In this document: in pieces, positions 24,386 through 38,700 of the stretch
Position numbering within the stretch: the stretch's first letter is position 1
How the letters are laid out: every line of letters begins with the position of its first letter
Source of the DNA: Azolla caroliniana
Lineage: Eukaryota > Plantae > Polypodiophyta
Length of the DNA: 64,000 bases
Reading direction: 5' to 3'
NCBI GenBank assembly: GCA_043228905.1
Contig: JBHGNT010000025.1
Span: forward strand, 310,001-374,000
Program-made: the position numbers and the translations under genes
The notes under the pieces: model-generated
The model's database searches: none
Told to the model about the DNA's origin: nothing
The model's input: only the letters and a program-made list of their open reading frames with translations

Positions 24386-27300
24386 CAATGCTAGCTATTC
24401 TATGGAACTAAAAAATCAAGATTTTGAAACTCAGGTCGAGAGATATGAAGAAATTAGCAATCTTGAGGAGGGAGTTGAGAGGAGCCCTTGAGTACATTAA
24501 AATGTTCATACCTGGCGCGTGTGATATCGGATTTTTGTGTTCAAACATGCGAATCGAAGCTAACAATGCTAGCTATTATATGGAACTAAAAAATCAAGAT
24601 TTTGAAACTCAGGTCGAGAGATATGAAGAAATTAGCAATCTTGAGGAGGGAGTTGAGAGGAGCCCTTGAGTATATTAAAATGTTTATACCTGGCTCGTGT
24701 GATATCGGATTTTTGTGTTCAAACATGCGCATCGAAGCTAACAACGCTAGCTATGACATGGTATTAAAAAATCAAGAGTTTGAAACTCAGGTGGAGAGAC
24801 ATGACGAAATTACCTAATTTGAGGAGTGAGTTGAGAGGAGCCCTTGAGTACATTAAAATGTTCATACCTGGCTCGTGTGATATCGGATTTTTGTGTTCAA
24901 ACATGCGAATCGAAGCTAACAATGCTAGCTATTATATGGAACTAAAAAATCAAGATTTTGAAACTCAGGTCGAGAGATATGAAGAAATTAGCAATCTTGA
25001 GGAGGGAGTTGAGAGGAGCCCTTGAGTACATTAAAATGTTCATACCTGGCGCGTGTGATATCGGATTTTTGTGTTCAAACATGCGAATCGAAGCTAACAA
25101 TGCTAGCTATTATATGGAACTAAAAAATCAAGAGTTTGAAACTCAGGTCGAGAGATATGAAGAAATTAGCAATCTTGAGGAGGGAGTTGAGAGGAGCCCT
25201 TGAGTACATTATTATGTTCATACCTGGCGCGTGTGATATCGGATTTTTGTGTTCAAACATGCGAATCGAAGCTAACAACACTAGCTATTCTATGGAACTA
25301 AAAAATCAAGATTTTGAAACTCAGGTCGAGAGATATGAAGAAATTAGCAATCTTGAGGAGGGAGTTGAGAGGAGCCCTTGAGTAAATTAAAATGTTCATA
25401 CCTGGCTCGTGTGATATCGGATTTTTGTGTTCAAACATGCGAATCGAAGCTCACAACGCTAGCTATGATATGGTATTAAAAAATCATGATTTTGAAATTG
25501 AGGTCGAGAGACATGAAGAAATTAGCAATCTTGAGGAGGGAGTTGAGAGGAGCCCTTGAGTAAATTAAAATGTTCATACCTGGCTCGTGTGATATCGGAT
25601 TTTTGTGTTCAAACATGTGAATCGCAGCTAACAACGCTAGCTACGACATGGTATTAAGAAATCAAGATTTTGAAACTCAGGTCGAGAGACATGACGAAAT
25701 TACCTAATTTGAGGAGGGAGTTGAGACGACCTAGTAGGTAAATTAAAATGTTCATACCTGGCTCGTGTGATATCGGATTTTTGTGTTCAAACATGCGAAT
25801 CAAAGCTAACAACGCTAGCTATGATATGGAACTAAAAAATCAAGATTTTGAAACTCAGGTCGAGAGATATGAAGAAATTAGCAATCTTGAGGAGGGAGTT
25901 GAGAGGAGCCCTTGAGTACATTATTATGTTCATACCTGGCTCGTGTGATATCGGATTTTTGTGTTCAAACATGCGAATCGAAGCTAACAACGCTAGCTAT
26001 GACATGGTATTAAAAAATCAAGATTTTGAAACTCAGGTCGAGAGACATGACGAAATTACCTAATTTGAGGAGTGAGTTGAGATGACCTAGTAGGTAAATT
26101 AAAATGTTCATACCTGGCTCGTGTGATATCGGATTTTTGTGTTCAAACATGCGAATCAAGCTAACAACGCTAGCTATTATATGGAACTAAAAAATCAAGA
26201 TTTTGAAACTCAGGTCGAGAGATATGAAGAAATTAGCAATCTTGAGGAGGGAGTTGAGAGGAGCCCTTGAGTACATTAAAATGTTCATACCTGGCGCGTG
26301 TGATATCGGATTTTTGTGTTCAAACATGCGAATCGAAGCTAACAACGGTAGCTATGATATGGAACTAAAAAATCAAGATTTTGAAACTCAGGTCGAGAGA
26401 CATGAAGAAATTAGCAATCTTGAGGAGGGAGTTGAGAGGAGCCCTTGAGTATATTAAAATGTTTATACCTGGCTCGTGTGATATCGGATTTTTGTGTTCA
26501 AACATGCGAATCGAAGCTAACAACGCTAGCTATGACATGGTATTAAAAAATCAAGAGTTTGAAACTCAGGTGGAGAGACATGACGAAATTACCTAATTTG
26601 AGGAGTGAGTTGAGAGGAGCCCTTGAGTACATTAAAATGTTCATACCTGGCTCGTGTGATATCGGATTTTTGTGTTCAAACATGCGAATCGAAGCTAACA
26701 ATGGTAGCTATTCTATGGAACTAAAAAATCAAGATTTTGAAACTCAGGTCGAGAGATATGAAGAAATTAGCAATCTTGAGGAGGGAGTTGAGAGGAGCCC
26801 TTGAGTACATTAAAATGTTCATACCTGGCGCGTGTGATATCGGATTTTTGTGTTCAAACATGCGAATCGAAGCTAACAATGCTAGCTATTATATGGAACT
26901 AAAAAATCAAGATTTTGAAACTCAGGTCGAGAGATATGAAGAAATTAGCAATCTTGAGGAGGGAGTTGAGAGGAGCCCTTGAGTATATTAAAATGTTTAT
27001 ACCTGGCTCGTGTGATATCGGATTTTTGTGTTCAAACATGCGCATCGAAGCTAACAACGCTAGCTATGACATGGTATTAAAAAATCAAGAGTTTGAAACT
27101 CAGGTGGAGAGACATGACGAAATTACCTAATTTGAGGAGTGAGTTGAGAGGAGCCCTTGAGTACATTAAAATGTTCATACCTGGCTCGTGTGATATCGGA
27201 TTTTTGTGTTCAAACATGCGAATCGAAGCTAACAATGCTAGCTATTATATGGAACTAAAAAATCAAGATTTTGAAACTCAGGTCGAGAGATATGAAGAAA

Positions 27301-28235
27301 TTAGCAATCTTGAGGAGGGAGTTGAGAGGAGCCCTTGAGTACATTAAAATGTTCATACCTGGCGCGTGTGATATCGGATTTTTGTGTTCAAACATGCGAA
27401 TCGAAGCTAACAATGCTAGCTATTATATGGAACTAAAAAATCAAGAGTTTGAAACTCAGGTCGAGAGATATGAAGAAATTAGCAATCTTGAGGAGGGAGT
27501 TGAGAGGAGCCCTTGAGTACATTATTATGTTCATACCTGGCGCGTGTGATATCGGATTTTTGTGTTCAAACATGCGAATCGAAGCTAACAACACTAGCTA
27601 TTCTATGGAACTAAAAAATCAAGATTTTGAAACTCAGGTCGAGAGATATGAAGAAATTAGCAATCTTGAGGAGGGAGTTGAGAGGAGCCCTTGAGTAAAT
27701 TAAAATGTTCATACCTGGCTCGTGTGATATCGGATTTTTGTGTTCAAACATGCGAATCGAAGCTCACAACGCTAGCTATGATATGGTATTAAAAAATCAT
27801 GATTTTGAAATTGAGGTCGAGAGACATGAAGAAATTAGCAATCTTGAGGAGGGAGTTGAGAGGAGCCCTTGAGTAAATTAAAATGTTCATACCTGGCTCG
27901 TGTGATATCGGATTTTTGTGTTCAAACATGTGAATCGCAGCTAACAACGCTAGCTATGACATGGTATTAAGAAATCAAGATTTTGAAACTCAGGTCGAGA
28001 GACATGACGAAATTACCTAATTTGAGGAGGGAGTTGAGACGACCTAGTAGGTAAATTAAAATGTTCATACCTGGCTCGTGTGATATCGGATTTTTGTGTT
28101 CAAACATGCGAATCAAAGCTAACAACGCTAGCTATGATATGGAACTAAAAAATCAAGATTTTGAAACTCAGGTCGAGAGATATGAAGAAATTAGCAATCT
28201 TGAGGAGGGAGTTGAGAGGAGCCCTTGAGTACATT
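23880..28235. repeat. 2313-bp (13-mer) tandem duplication, ~1.9 copies
   Basis: The monomer series at 23890-25848 repeats from 26203 (+2313 = 13x178-1). This includes the CGCATCGAAG marker and the hybrid CAAGAGTTTGAAACTCAGGTCG monomer (25136/27449). Confidence 0.88.
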
Positions 28236-30739
28236 AAAATTTTCATACCTGGCTCGTGTGATATCGGATTTTTGTGTTGAAACATGCGAATCGAAGCTAA
28301 CAATGCTAGCTATGACATGGTATTAAAAAATCAAGATTTTCAAAGTCAGGTCGAGAGACATGACGAAATTACCTAATTTGAGGAGTGAGTTGAGAGGAGC
28401 CCTTGAGTACATTAAAATGTTCATACCTGGCTCGTGTGATATCGGATTTTTGTGTTCAAACATGCGAATCAAGCTAACAACGCTAGCTATTATATGGAAC
28501 TAAAAAATTAGCAATCTTGAGGAGGGAGTTGAGAGGAGCCCTTGAGTAAATTAAAATGTTCATACCTGGCTCGTGTGATATCGGATTTTTGTGTTCAAAC
28601 ATGCGAATCGAAGCTAACAATGCTAGCTATTATATGGAACTAAAAAATCAAGATTTTGAAACTCAGGTCGAGAGATATGAAGAAATTAGCAATCTTGAGG
28701 AGGGAGTTGAGAGGAGCACTTGAGTATATTAAAATGTTTATACCTGGCTCGTGTGATATCGGATTTTTGTGTTCAAACATGCGAATCGAAGCTAACAACG
28801 CTAGCTATGACATGTTATTAAAAAATCAAGATTTTGAAACTCAGGTAGAGAGACATGACGAAATTACCTAATTTGAGGAGTGAGTTGAGAGGAGCCCTTG
28901 AGTACATTACAATGTTCATACCTGGCGCGTGTGATATCGGATTTTTGTGTTCAAACATGCGAATCGAAGCTAACAATGCTAGCTATTATATGGAACTAAA
29001 AAATCAAGATTTTGAAACTCAGGTCGAGAGATATGAAGAAATTAGCAATCTTGAGGAGGGAGTTGAGAGGAGCCCTTGAGTATATTAAAATGTTCATACC
29101 TGGCACGTGTGATATCGGATTTTTGTGTTCAAACATGCGAATCGAAGCTAACAATGCTAGCTATTATATGGAACTAAAAAATCAAGATTTTGAAACTCAG
29201 GTCGAGAGACATGACGAAATTACCTAATTTGAGGAGGGAGTTGAGACGACCTAGTAGGTAAATTAAAATGTTCATACCTGGCGCGTGTGATATCGGATTT
29301 TTGTGTTCAAACATGCGAATCGAAGCTAACAAAACTAGCTATTCTATGGAACTAAAAAATCAAGATTTTGAAACTCAGGTCGACGGATATGAAGAAATTA
29401 GCAATCTTGAGGAGGGAGTTGAGAGGAGCCCTTGAGTATATTAAAATGTTTATACCTGGCTCGTGTGATATCGGATTTTTGTGTTCAAACATGCGAATCG
29501 AAGCTAACAACGCTAGCTATGACATGGTATTAAAAAATCAAGATTTTGAAACTCAAGTCGAGAGACATAACGAAATTACCTAATTTGAGGAGTGAGTTGA
29601 GAAGACCTAGTATGTAAATTAAAATGTTCATACCTGGCTCGTGTGATATCGGATTTTTGTGTTCAAACATGCGAATCAAAGCTAACAACGCTAGCTATTC
29701 TATGGAACTAAAAAATCAAGATTTTGAAACTCAGGTCGAGAAATATGAAGAAATTAGCAATCTTGAGGAGGGAGTTGAGAGGAGCCCTTGAGTACATTAA
29801 AATTTTCATACCTGGCTCGTGTGATATCGGATTTTTGTGTTGAAACATGCGAATCGAAGCTAACAATGCTAGCTATGACATGGTATTAAAAAATCAAGAT
29901 TTTCAAAGTCAGGTCGAGAGACATGACGAAATTACCTAATTTGAGGAGTGAGTTGAGAGGAGCCCTTGAGTACATTAAAATGTTCATACCTGGCTCGTGT
30001 GATATCGGATTTTTGTGTTCAAACATGCGAATCAAGCTAACAACGCTAGCTATTATATGGAACTAAAAAATCAAGATTTTGAAACTCAGGTCGAGAGATA
30101 TGAAGAAATTAGCAATCTTGAGGAGGGAGTTGAGAGGAGCACTTGAGTATATTAAAATGTTTATACCTGGCTCGTGTGATATCGGATTTTTGTGTTCAAA
30201 CATGCGAATCGAAGCTAACAACGCTAGCTATGACATGTTATTAAAAAATCAAGATTTTGAAACTCAGGTAGAGAGACATGACGAAATTACCTAATTTGAG
30301 GAGTGAGTTGAGAGGAGCCCTTGAGTACATTACAATGTTCATACCTGGCGCGTGTGATATCGGATTTTTGTGTTCAAACATGCGAATCGAAGCTAACAAT
30401 GCTAGCTATTATATGGAACTAAAAAATCAAGATTTTGAAACTCAGGTCGAGAGATATGAAGAAATTAGCAATCTTGAGGAGGGAGTTGAGAGGAGCCCTT
30501 GAGTACATTAAAATGTTCATACCTGGCACGTGTGATATCGGATTTTTGTGTTCAAACATGCGAATCGAAGCTAACAATGCTAGCTATTATATGGAACTAA
30601 AAAATCAAGATTTTGAAACTCAGGTCGAGAGATATGAAGAAATTAGCAATCTTGAGGAGGGAGTTGAGAGGAGCCCTTGAGTACATTAAAATGTTCATAC
30701 CTGGCGCGTGTGATATCGGATTTTTGTGTTCAAACATGC

Positions 30740-33000
30740 GAATCGAAGCTAACAACACTAGCTATTCTATGGAACTAAAAAATCAAGATTTTGAAACTCA
30801 GGTCGACGGATATGAAGAAATTAGCAATCTTGAGGAGGGAGTTGAGAGGAGCCCTTGAGTATATTAAAATGTTTATACCTGGCTCGTGTGATATCGGATT
30901 TTTGTGTTCAAACATGCGAATCGAAGCTAACAACGCTAGCTATGACATGGTATTAAAAAATCAAGAGTTTGAAACTCAGGTGGAGAGACATGACGAAATT
31001 ACCTAATTTGAGGAGGGAGTTGAGAGGAGCCCTTGAGTATATTAAAATGTTTATACCTGGCTCGTGTGATATCGGATTTTTGTGTTCAAACATGCGAATC
31101 GAAGCTAACAACGCTAGCTATGACATGGTATTAAAAAATCAAGAGTTTGAAACTCAGGTGGAGAGACATGACGAAATTACCTAATTTGAGGAGTGAGTTG
31201 AGAGGAGCCCTTGAGTACATTAAAATGTTCATACCTGGCTCGTGTGATATCGGATTTTTGTGTTCAAACATGCGAATCGAAGCTAACAATGCTAGCTATT
31301 CTATGGAACTAAAAAATCAAGATTTTGAAACTCAGGTCGAGAGATATGAAGAAATTAGCAATCTTGAGGAGGGAGTTGAGAGGAGCCCTTCAGTACATTA
31401 AAATGTTCATACCTGGCGCGTGTGATATCGGATTTTTGTGTTCAAACATGCGAATCGAAGCTAACAATGCTAGCTATTATATGGAACTAAAAAATCAAGA
31501 TTTTGAAACTCAGGTCGAGAGACATGACGAAATTACCTAATTTGAGGAGGGAGTTGAGACGACCTAGTAGGTAAATTAAAATGTTCATACCTGGCGCGTG
31601 TGATATCGGATTTTTGTGGTCAAACATGCGAATCGAAGCTAACAACACTAGCTATTCTATGGAACTAAAAAATCAAGATTTTGAAACTCAGGTCGACGGA
31701 TATGAAGAAATTAGCAATCTTGAGGAGGGAGTTGAGAGGAGCCCTTGAGTATATTAAAATGTTTATACCTGGCTCGTGTGATATCGGATTTTTGTGTTCA
31801 AACATGCGAATCGAAGCTAACAACGCTAGCTATGACATGGTATTAAAAAATCAAGAGTTTGAAACTCAGGTGGAGAGACATGACGAAATTACCTAATTTG
31901 AGGAGGGAGTTGAGAGGAGCCCTTGAGTATATTAAAATGTTTATACCTGGCTCGTGTGATATCGGATTTTTGTGTTCAAACATGCGAATCGAAGCTAACA
32001 ACGCTAGCTATGACATGGTATTAAAAAATCAAGAGTTTGAAACTCAGGTGGAGAGACATGACGAAATTACCTAATTTGAGGAGTGAGTTGAGAGGAGCCC
32101 TTGAGTACATTAAAATGTTCATACCTGGCTCGTGTGATATCGGATTTTTGTGTTCAAACATGCGAATCGAAGCTAACAATGCTAGCTATTCTATGGAACT
32201 AAAAAATCAAGATTTTGAAACTCAGGTCGAGAGATATGAAGAAATTAGCAATCTTGAGGAGGGAGTTGAGAGGAGCCCTTCAGTACATTAAAATGTTCAT
32301 ACCTGGCGCGTGTGATATCGGATTTTTGTGTTCAAACATGCGAATCGAAGCTAACAATGCTAGCTATTATATGGAACTAAAAAATCAAGATTTTGAAACT
32401 CAGGTCGAGAGATATGAAGAAATTAGCAATCTTGAGGAGGGAGTTGAGAGGAGCCCTTGAGTACATTAAAATGTTCATACCTGGCACGTGTGATATCGGA
32501 TTTTTGTGTTCAAACATGCGAATCGAAGCTAACAATGCTAGCTATTATATGGAACTAAAAAATCAAGATTTTGAAACTCAGGTCGAGAGACATGACGAAA
32601 TTACCTAATTTGAGGAGGGAGTTGAGACGACCTAGTAGGTAAATTAAAATGTTCATACCTGGCGCGTGTGATATCGGATTTTTGTGTTCAAACATGCGAA
32701 TCGAAGCTAACAACACTAGCTATTCTATGGAACTAAAAAATCAAGATTTTGAAACTCAGGTCGACGGATATGAAGAAATTAGCAATCTTGAGGAGGGAGT
32801 TGAGAGGAGCCCTTGAGTATATTAAAATGTTTATACCTGGCTCGTGTGATATCGGATTTTTGTGTTCAAACATGCGAATCGAAGCTAACAACGCTAGCTA
32901 TGACATGGTATTAAAAAATCAAGAGTTTGAAACTCAGGTGGAGAGACATGACGAAATTACCTAATTTGAGGAGTGAGTTGAGAGGAGCCCTTGAGTACAT
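30740..33000. repeat. Short 5-mer/6-mer duplications (890 and 1068 bp) marked by the GTCGACGG variant
   Basis: GTCGACGGATATG monomers occur at registers 30791, 31681 (+890) and 32749 (+1068). CCCTTCAGTAC occurs at ~31386 and ~32276 (+890). Confidence 0.82.
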
Positions 33001-35769
33001 TAAAAAGTTCATACCTGGCTCGTGTGATATCGGATATTTGTGTTCAAACATGCGAATCGAAGCTAACAATGCTAGCTATTCTATGGAACTAAAAAATCAA
33101 GATTTTGAAACTCAGGTCGAGAGATATGAAGAAATTAGCAATCTTGAGGAGGGAGTTGAGAGGAGCCCTTGAGTACATTAAAATGTTCATACCTGGCGCG
33201 TGTGATATCGGATTTTTGTGTTCAAACATGCGAATCGAAGCTAACAATGCTAGCTATTATATGGAACTAAAAAATCAAGATTTTGAAACTCAGGTCGAGA
33301 GATATGAAGAAATTAGCAATCTTGAGGAGGGAGTTGAGAGGAGCCCTTGAGTACATTAAAATGTTCATACCTGGCGCGTGTGATATCGGATTTTTGTGTT
33401 CAAACATGCGAATCGAAGCTCACAACGCTAGCTATGATATGGTATTAAAAAATCATGATTTTGAAATTGAGGTCGAGAGACATGAAGAAATTAGCAATCA
33501 TGAGGAGGAAGTTGAAAGGAGCCCTTGAGTAAATTAAAATGTTCATACCTGGCGCGTGTGATATCGGATTTTTGTGTTCAAACATGTGAATCCTAGCTAA
33601 CAACGCTAGCTATGACATGGTATTAAGAAATCAAGATTTTGAAACTCAGGTCGAGAGATATTACGAAATTACCTACTTTGAGGAGGGAGTTGAGACGACC
33701 TAGTAGGTAAATTAAAATGTTCATACCTGGCTCGTGTGATATCGGATTTTTGTGTTCAAACATGCGAATCAAAGCTAACAACGCTAGCTATGATATGGAA
33801 CTAAAAAATCAAGATTTTGAAACTCAGGTCGAGAGATATGAAGAAATTAGCAATCTTGAGGAGGGAGTTGAGAGGAGCCCTTGAGTACATTAAAATTTTC
33901 ATACCTGGCTCGTGTGATATCGGATTTTTGTGTTGAAACATGCGAATCGAAGCTAACAATGCTAGCTATGACATGGTATTAAAAAATCAAGATTTTGAAA
34001 CTCACGTAGAGAGACATGACGAAATTACCTAATTTGAGGAGTGAGTTGAGAGGAGCCCTTGAGTACATTACAATGTTCATACCTGGCGCGTGTGATATCG
34101 GATTTTTGTGTTCAAACATGCGAATCAAGCTAACAACGCTAGCTATTATATGGAACTAAAAAATCAAGATTTTGAAACTCAGGTCGAGAGATATGAAGAA
34201 ATTAGCAATCTTGAGGAGGGAGTTGAGAGGAGCACTTGAGTATATTAAAATGTTTATACCTGGCTCGTGTGATATCGGATTTTTGTGTTCAAACATGCGA
34301 ATCGAAGCTAACAACGCTAGCTATGACATGTTATTAAAAAATCAAGATTTTGAAACTCAGGTAGAGAGACATGACGAAATTACCTAATTTGAGGAGTGAG
34401 TTGAGAGGAGCCCTTGAGTACATTACAATGTTCATACCTGGCGCGTGTGATATCGGATTTTTGTGTTCAAACATGCGAATCGAAGCTAACAATGCTAGCT
34501 ATTATATGGAACTAAAAAATCAAGATTTTGAAACTCAGGTCGAGAGATATGAAGAAATTAGCAATCTTGAGGAGGGAGTTGAGAGGAGCCCTAGAGTACA
34601 TTAAAATGTTCATACCTGGCGCGTGTGATATCGGATTTTTGTGTTCAAACATGTGAATCCTAGCTAACAACGCTAGCTATGACATGGTATTAAGAAATCA
34701 AGATTTTGAAACTCAGGTCGAGAGATATTACGAAATTACCTACTTTGAGGAGGGAGTTGAGACGACCTAGTAGGTAAATTAAAATGTTCATACCTGGCAC
34801 GTGTGATATCGGATTTTTGTGTTCAAACATGCGAATCAAAGCTAACAACGCTAGCTATGATATGGAACTAAAAAATCAAGATTTTGAAACTCAGGTCGAG
34901 AGATATGAAGAAATTAGCAATCTTGAGGAGGGAGTTGAGAGGAGCCCTTGAGTACATTAAAATTTTCATACCTGGCTCGTGTGATATCGGATTTTTGTGT
35001 TGAAACATGCGAATCGAAGCTAACAATGCTAGCTATGACATGGTATTAAAAAATCAAGATTTTCAAAGTCAGGTCGAGAGACATGACGAAATTACCTAAT
35101 TTGAGGAGTGAGTTGAGAGGAGCCCTTGAGTACATTAAAATGTTCATACCTGGCTCGTGTGATATCGGATTTTTGTGTTCAAACATGCGAATCGAAGCTA
35201 ACAACGCTAGCTATGACATGTTATTAAAAAATCAAGATTTTGAAACTCAGGTAGAGAGACATGACGAAATTACCTAATTTGAGGAGTGAGTTGAGAGGAG
35301 CCCTTGAGTACATTACAATGTTCATACCTGGCGCGTGTGATATCGGATTTTTGTGTTCAAACATGCGAATCGAAGCTAACAATGCTAGCTATTATATGGA
35401 ACTAAAAAATCAAGATTTTGAAACTCAGGTCGAGAGATATGAAGAAATTAGCAATCTTGAGGAGGGAGTTGAGAGGAGCCCTTGAGTACATTAAAATGTT
35501 CATACCTGGCGCGTGTGATATCGGATTTTTGTGTTCAAACATGTGAATCCTAGCTAACAACGCTAGCTATGACATGGTATTAAGAAATCAAGATTTTGAA
35601 ACTCAGGTCGAGAGATATTACGAAATTACCTACTTTGAGGAGGGAGTTGAGACGACCTAGTAGGTAAATTAAAATGTTCATACCTGGCTCGTGTGATATC
35701 GGATTTTTGTGTTCAAACATGCGAATCAAAGCTAACAACGTTAGCTATGATATGGAACTAAAAAATCAA

Positions 35770-38700
35770 GATTTTGAAACTCAGGTCGAGAGATATGAAG
35801 AAATTAGCAATCTTGAGGAGGGAGTTGAGAGGAGCCCTTGAGTACATTAAAATGTTCATACCTGGCACGTGTGATATCGGATTTTTGTGTTCAAACATGC
35901 GAATCGAAGCTAACAATGCTAGCTATTATATGGAACTAAAAAATCAAGATTTTGAAACTCAGGTCGAGAGATATGAAGAAATTAGCAATCTTGAGGAGGG
36001 AGTTGAGAGGAGCCCTTGAGTACATTAAAATGTTCATACCTGGCACGTGTGATATCGGATTTTTGTGTTCAAACATGCGAATCGAAGCTAACAACGCTAG
36101 CTATGATATGGAACTAAAAAATCAAGATTTTGAAACTCAGGTCGAGAGATATGAAGAAATTAGCAATCTTGAGGAGGGAGTTGAGAGGAGCCCTTGAGTA
36201 CATTAAAATTTTCATACCTGGCTCGTGTGATATCGGATTTTTGTGTTGAAACATGCGAATCGAAGCTAACAATGCTAGCTATGACATGGTATTAAAAAAT
36301 CAAGATTTTCAAAGTCAGGTCGAGAGACATGACGAAATTACCTAATTTGAGGAGTGAGTTGAGAGGAGCCCTTGAGTACATTAAAATGTTCATACCTGGC
36401 TCGTGTGATATCGGATTTTTGTGTTCAAACATGCGAATCAAGCTAACAACGCTAGCTATTATATGGAACTAAAAAATCAAGATTTTGAAACTCAGGTCGA
36501 GAGATATGAAGAAATTAGCAATCTTGAGGAGGGAGTTGAGAGGAGCACTTGAGTATATTAAAATGTTTATACCTGGCTCGTGTGATATCGGATTTTTGTG
36601 TTCAAACATGCGAATCGAAGCTAACAACGCTAGCTATGACATGTTATTAAAAAATCAAGATTTTGAAACTCAGGTAGAGAGACATGACGAAATTACCTAA
36701 TTTGAGGAGTGAGTTGAGAGGAGCCCTTGAGTACATTACAATGTTCATACCTGGCGCGTGTGATATCGGATTTTTGTGTTCAAACATGCGAATCGAAGCT
36801 AACAATGCTAGCTATTATATGGAACTAAAAAATCAAGATTTTGAAACTCAGGTCGAGAGATATGAAGAAATTAGCAATCTTGAGGAGGGAGTTGAGAGGA
36901 GCCCTTGAGTACATTAAAATGTTCATACCTGGCACGTGTGATATCGGATTTTTGTGTTCAAACATGCGAATCGAAGCTAACAATGCTAGCTATTATATGG
37001 AACTAAAAAATCAAGATTTTGAAACTCAGGTCGAGAGATATGAAGAAATTAGCAATCTTGAGGAGGGAGTTGAGAGGAGCCCTTGAGTACATTAAAATGT
37101 TCATACCTGGCGCGTGTGATATCGGATTTTTGTGTTCAAACATGCGAATCGAAGCTAACAATGCTAGCTATTATATGGAACTAAAAAATCAAGATTTTGA
37201 AACTCAGGTCGAGAGATATGAAGAAATTAGCAATCTTGAGGAGGGAGTTGAGAGGAGCCCTTGAGTACATTAAAATGTTCATACCTGGCGCGTGTGATAT
37301 CGGATTTTTGTGTTCAAACATGCGAATCGAAGCTCACAACGCTAGCTATGATATGGTATTAAAAAATCATGATTTTGAAATTGAGGTCGAGAGACATGAA
37401 GAAATTAGCAATCATGAGGAGGAAGTTGAAAGGAGCCCTTGAGTAAATTAAAATGTTCATACCTGGCGCGTGTGATATCGGATTTTTGTGTTCAAACATG
37501 TGAATCCTAGCTAACAACGCTAGCTATGACATGGTATTAAGAAATCAAGATTTTGAAACTCAGGTCGAGAGATATTACGAAATTACCTACTTTGAGGAGG
37601 GAGTTGAGACGACCTAGTAGGTAAATTAAAATGTTCATACCTGGCTCGTGTGATATCGGATTTTTGTGTTCAAACATGCGAATCAAAGCTAACAACGCTA
37701 GCTATGATATGGAACTAAAAAATCAAGATTTTGAAACTCAGGTCGAGAGATATGAAGAAATTAGCAATCTTGAGGAGGGAGTTGAGAGGAGCCCTTGAGT
37801 ACATTAAAATTTTCATACCTGGCTCGTGTGATATCGGATTTTTGTGTTGAAACATGCGAATCGAAGCTAACAATGCTAGCTATGACATGGTATTAAAAAA
37901 TCAAGATTTTCAAAGTCAGGTCGAGAGACATGACGAAATTACCTAATTTGAGGAGTGAGTTGAGAGGAGCCCTTGAGTACATTAAAATGTTCATACCTGG
38001 CTCGTGTGATATCGGATTTTTGTGTTCAAACATGCGAATCAAGCTAACAACGCTAGCTATTATATGGAACTAAAAAATCAAGATTTTGAAACTCAGGTCG
38101 AGAGATATGAAGAAATTAGCAATCTTGAGGAGGGAGTTGAGAGGAGCACTTGAGTATATTAAAATGTTTATACCTGGCTCGTGTGATATCGGATTTTTGT
38201 GTTCAAACATGCGAATCGAAGCTAACAACGCTAGCTATGACATGTTATTAAAAAATCAAGATTTTGAAACTCAGGTAGAGAGACATGACGAAATTACCTA
38301 ATTTGAGGAGTGAGTTGAGAGGAGCCCTTGAGTACATTACAATGTTCATACCTGGCGCGTGTGATATCGGATTTTTGTGTTCAAACATGCGAATCGAAGC
38401 TAACAATGCTAGCTATTATATGGAACTAAAAAATCAAGATTTTGAAACTCAGGTCGAGAGATATGAAGAAATTAGCAATCTTGAGGAGGGAGTTGAGAGG
38501 AGCCCTTGAGTACATTAAAATGTTCATACCTGGCACGTGTGATATCGGATTTTTGTGTTCAAACATGCGAATCGAAGCTAACAATGCTAGCTATTATATG
38601 GAACTAAAAAATCAAGATTTTGAAACTCAGGTCGAGAGATATGAAGAAATTAGCAATCTTGAGGAGGGAGTTGAGAGGAGCCCTTGAGTACATTAAAATG

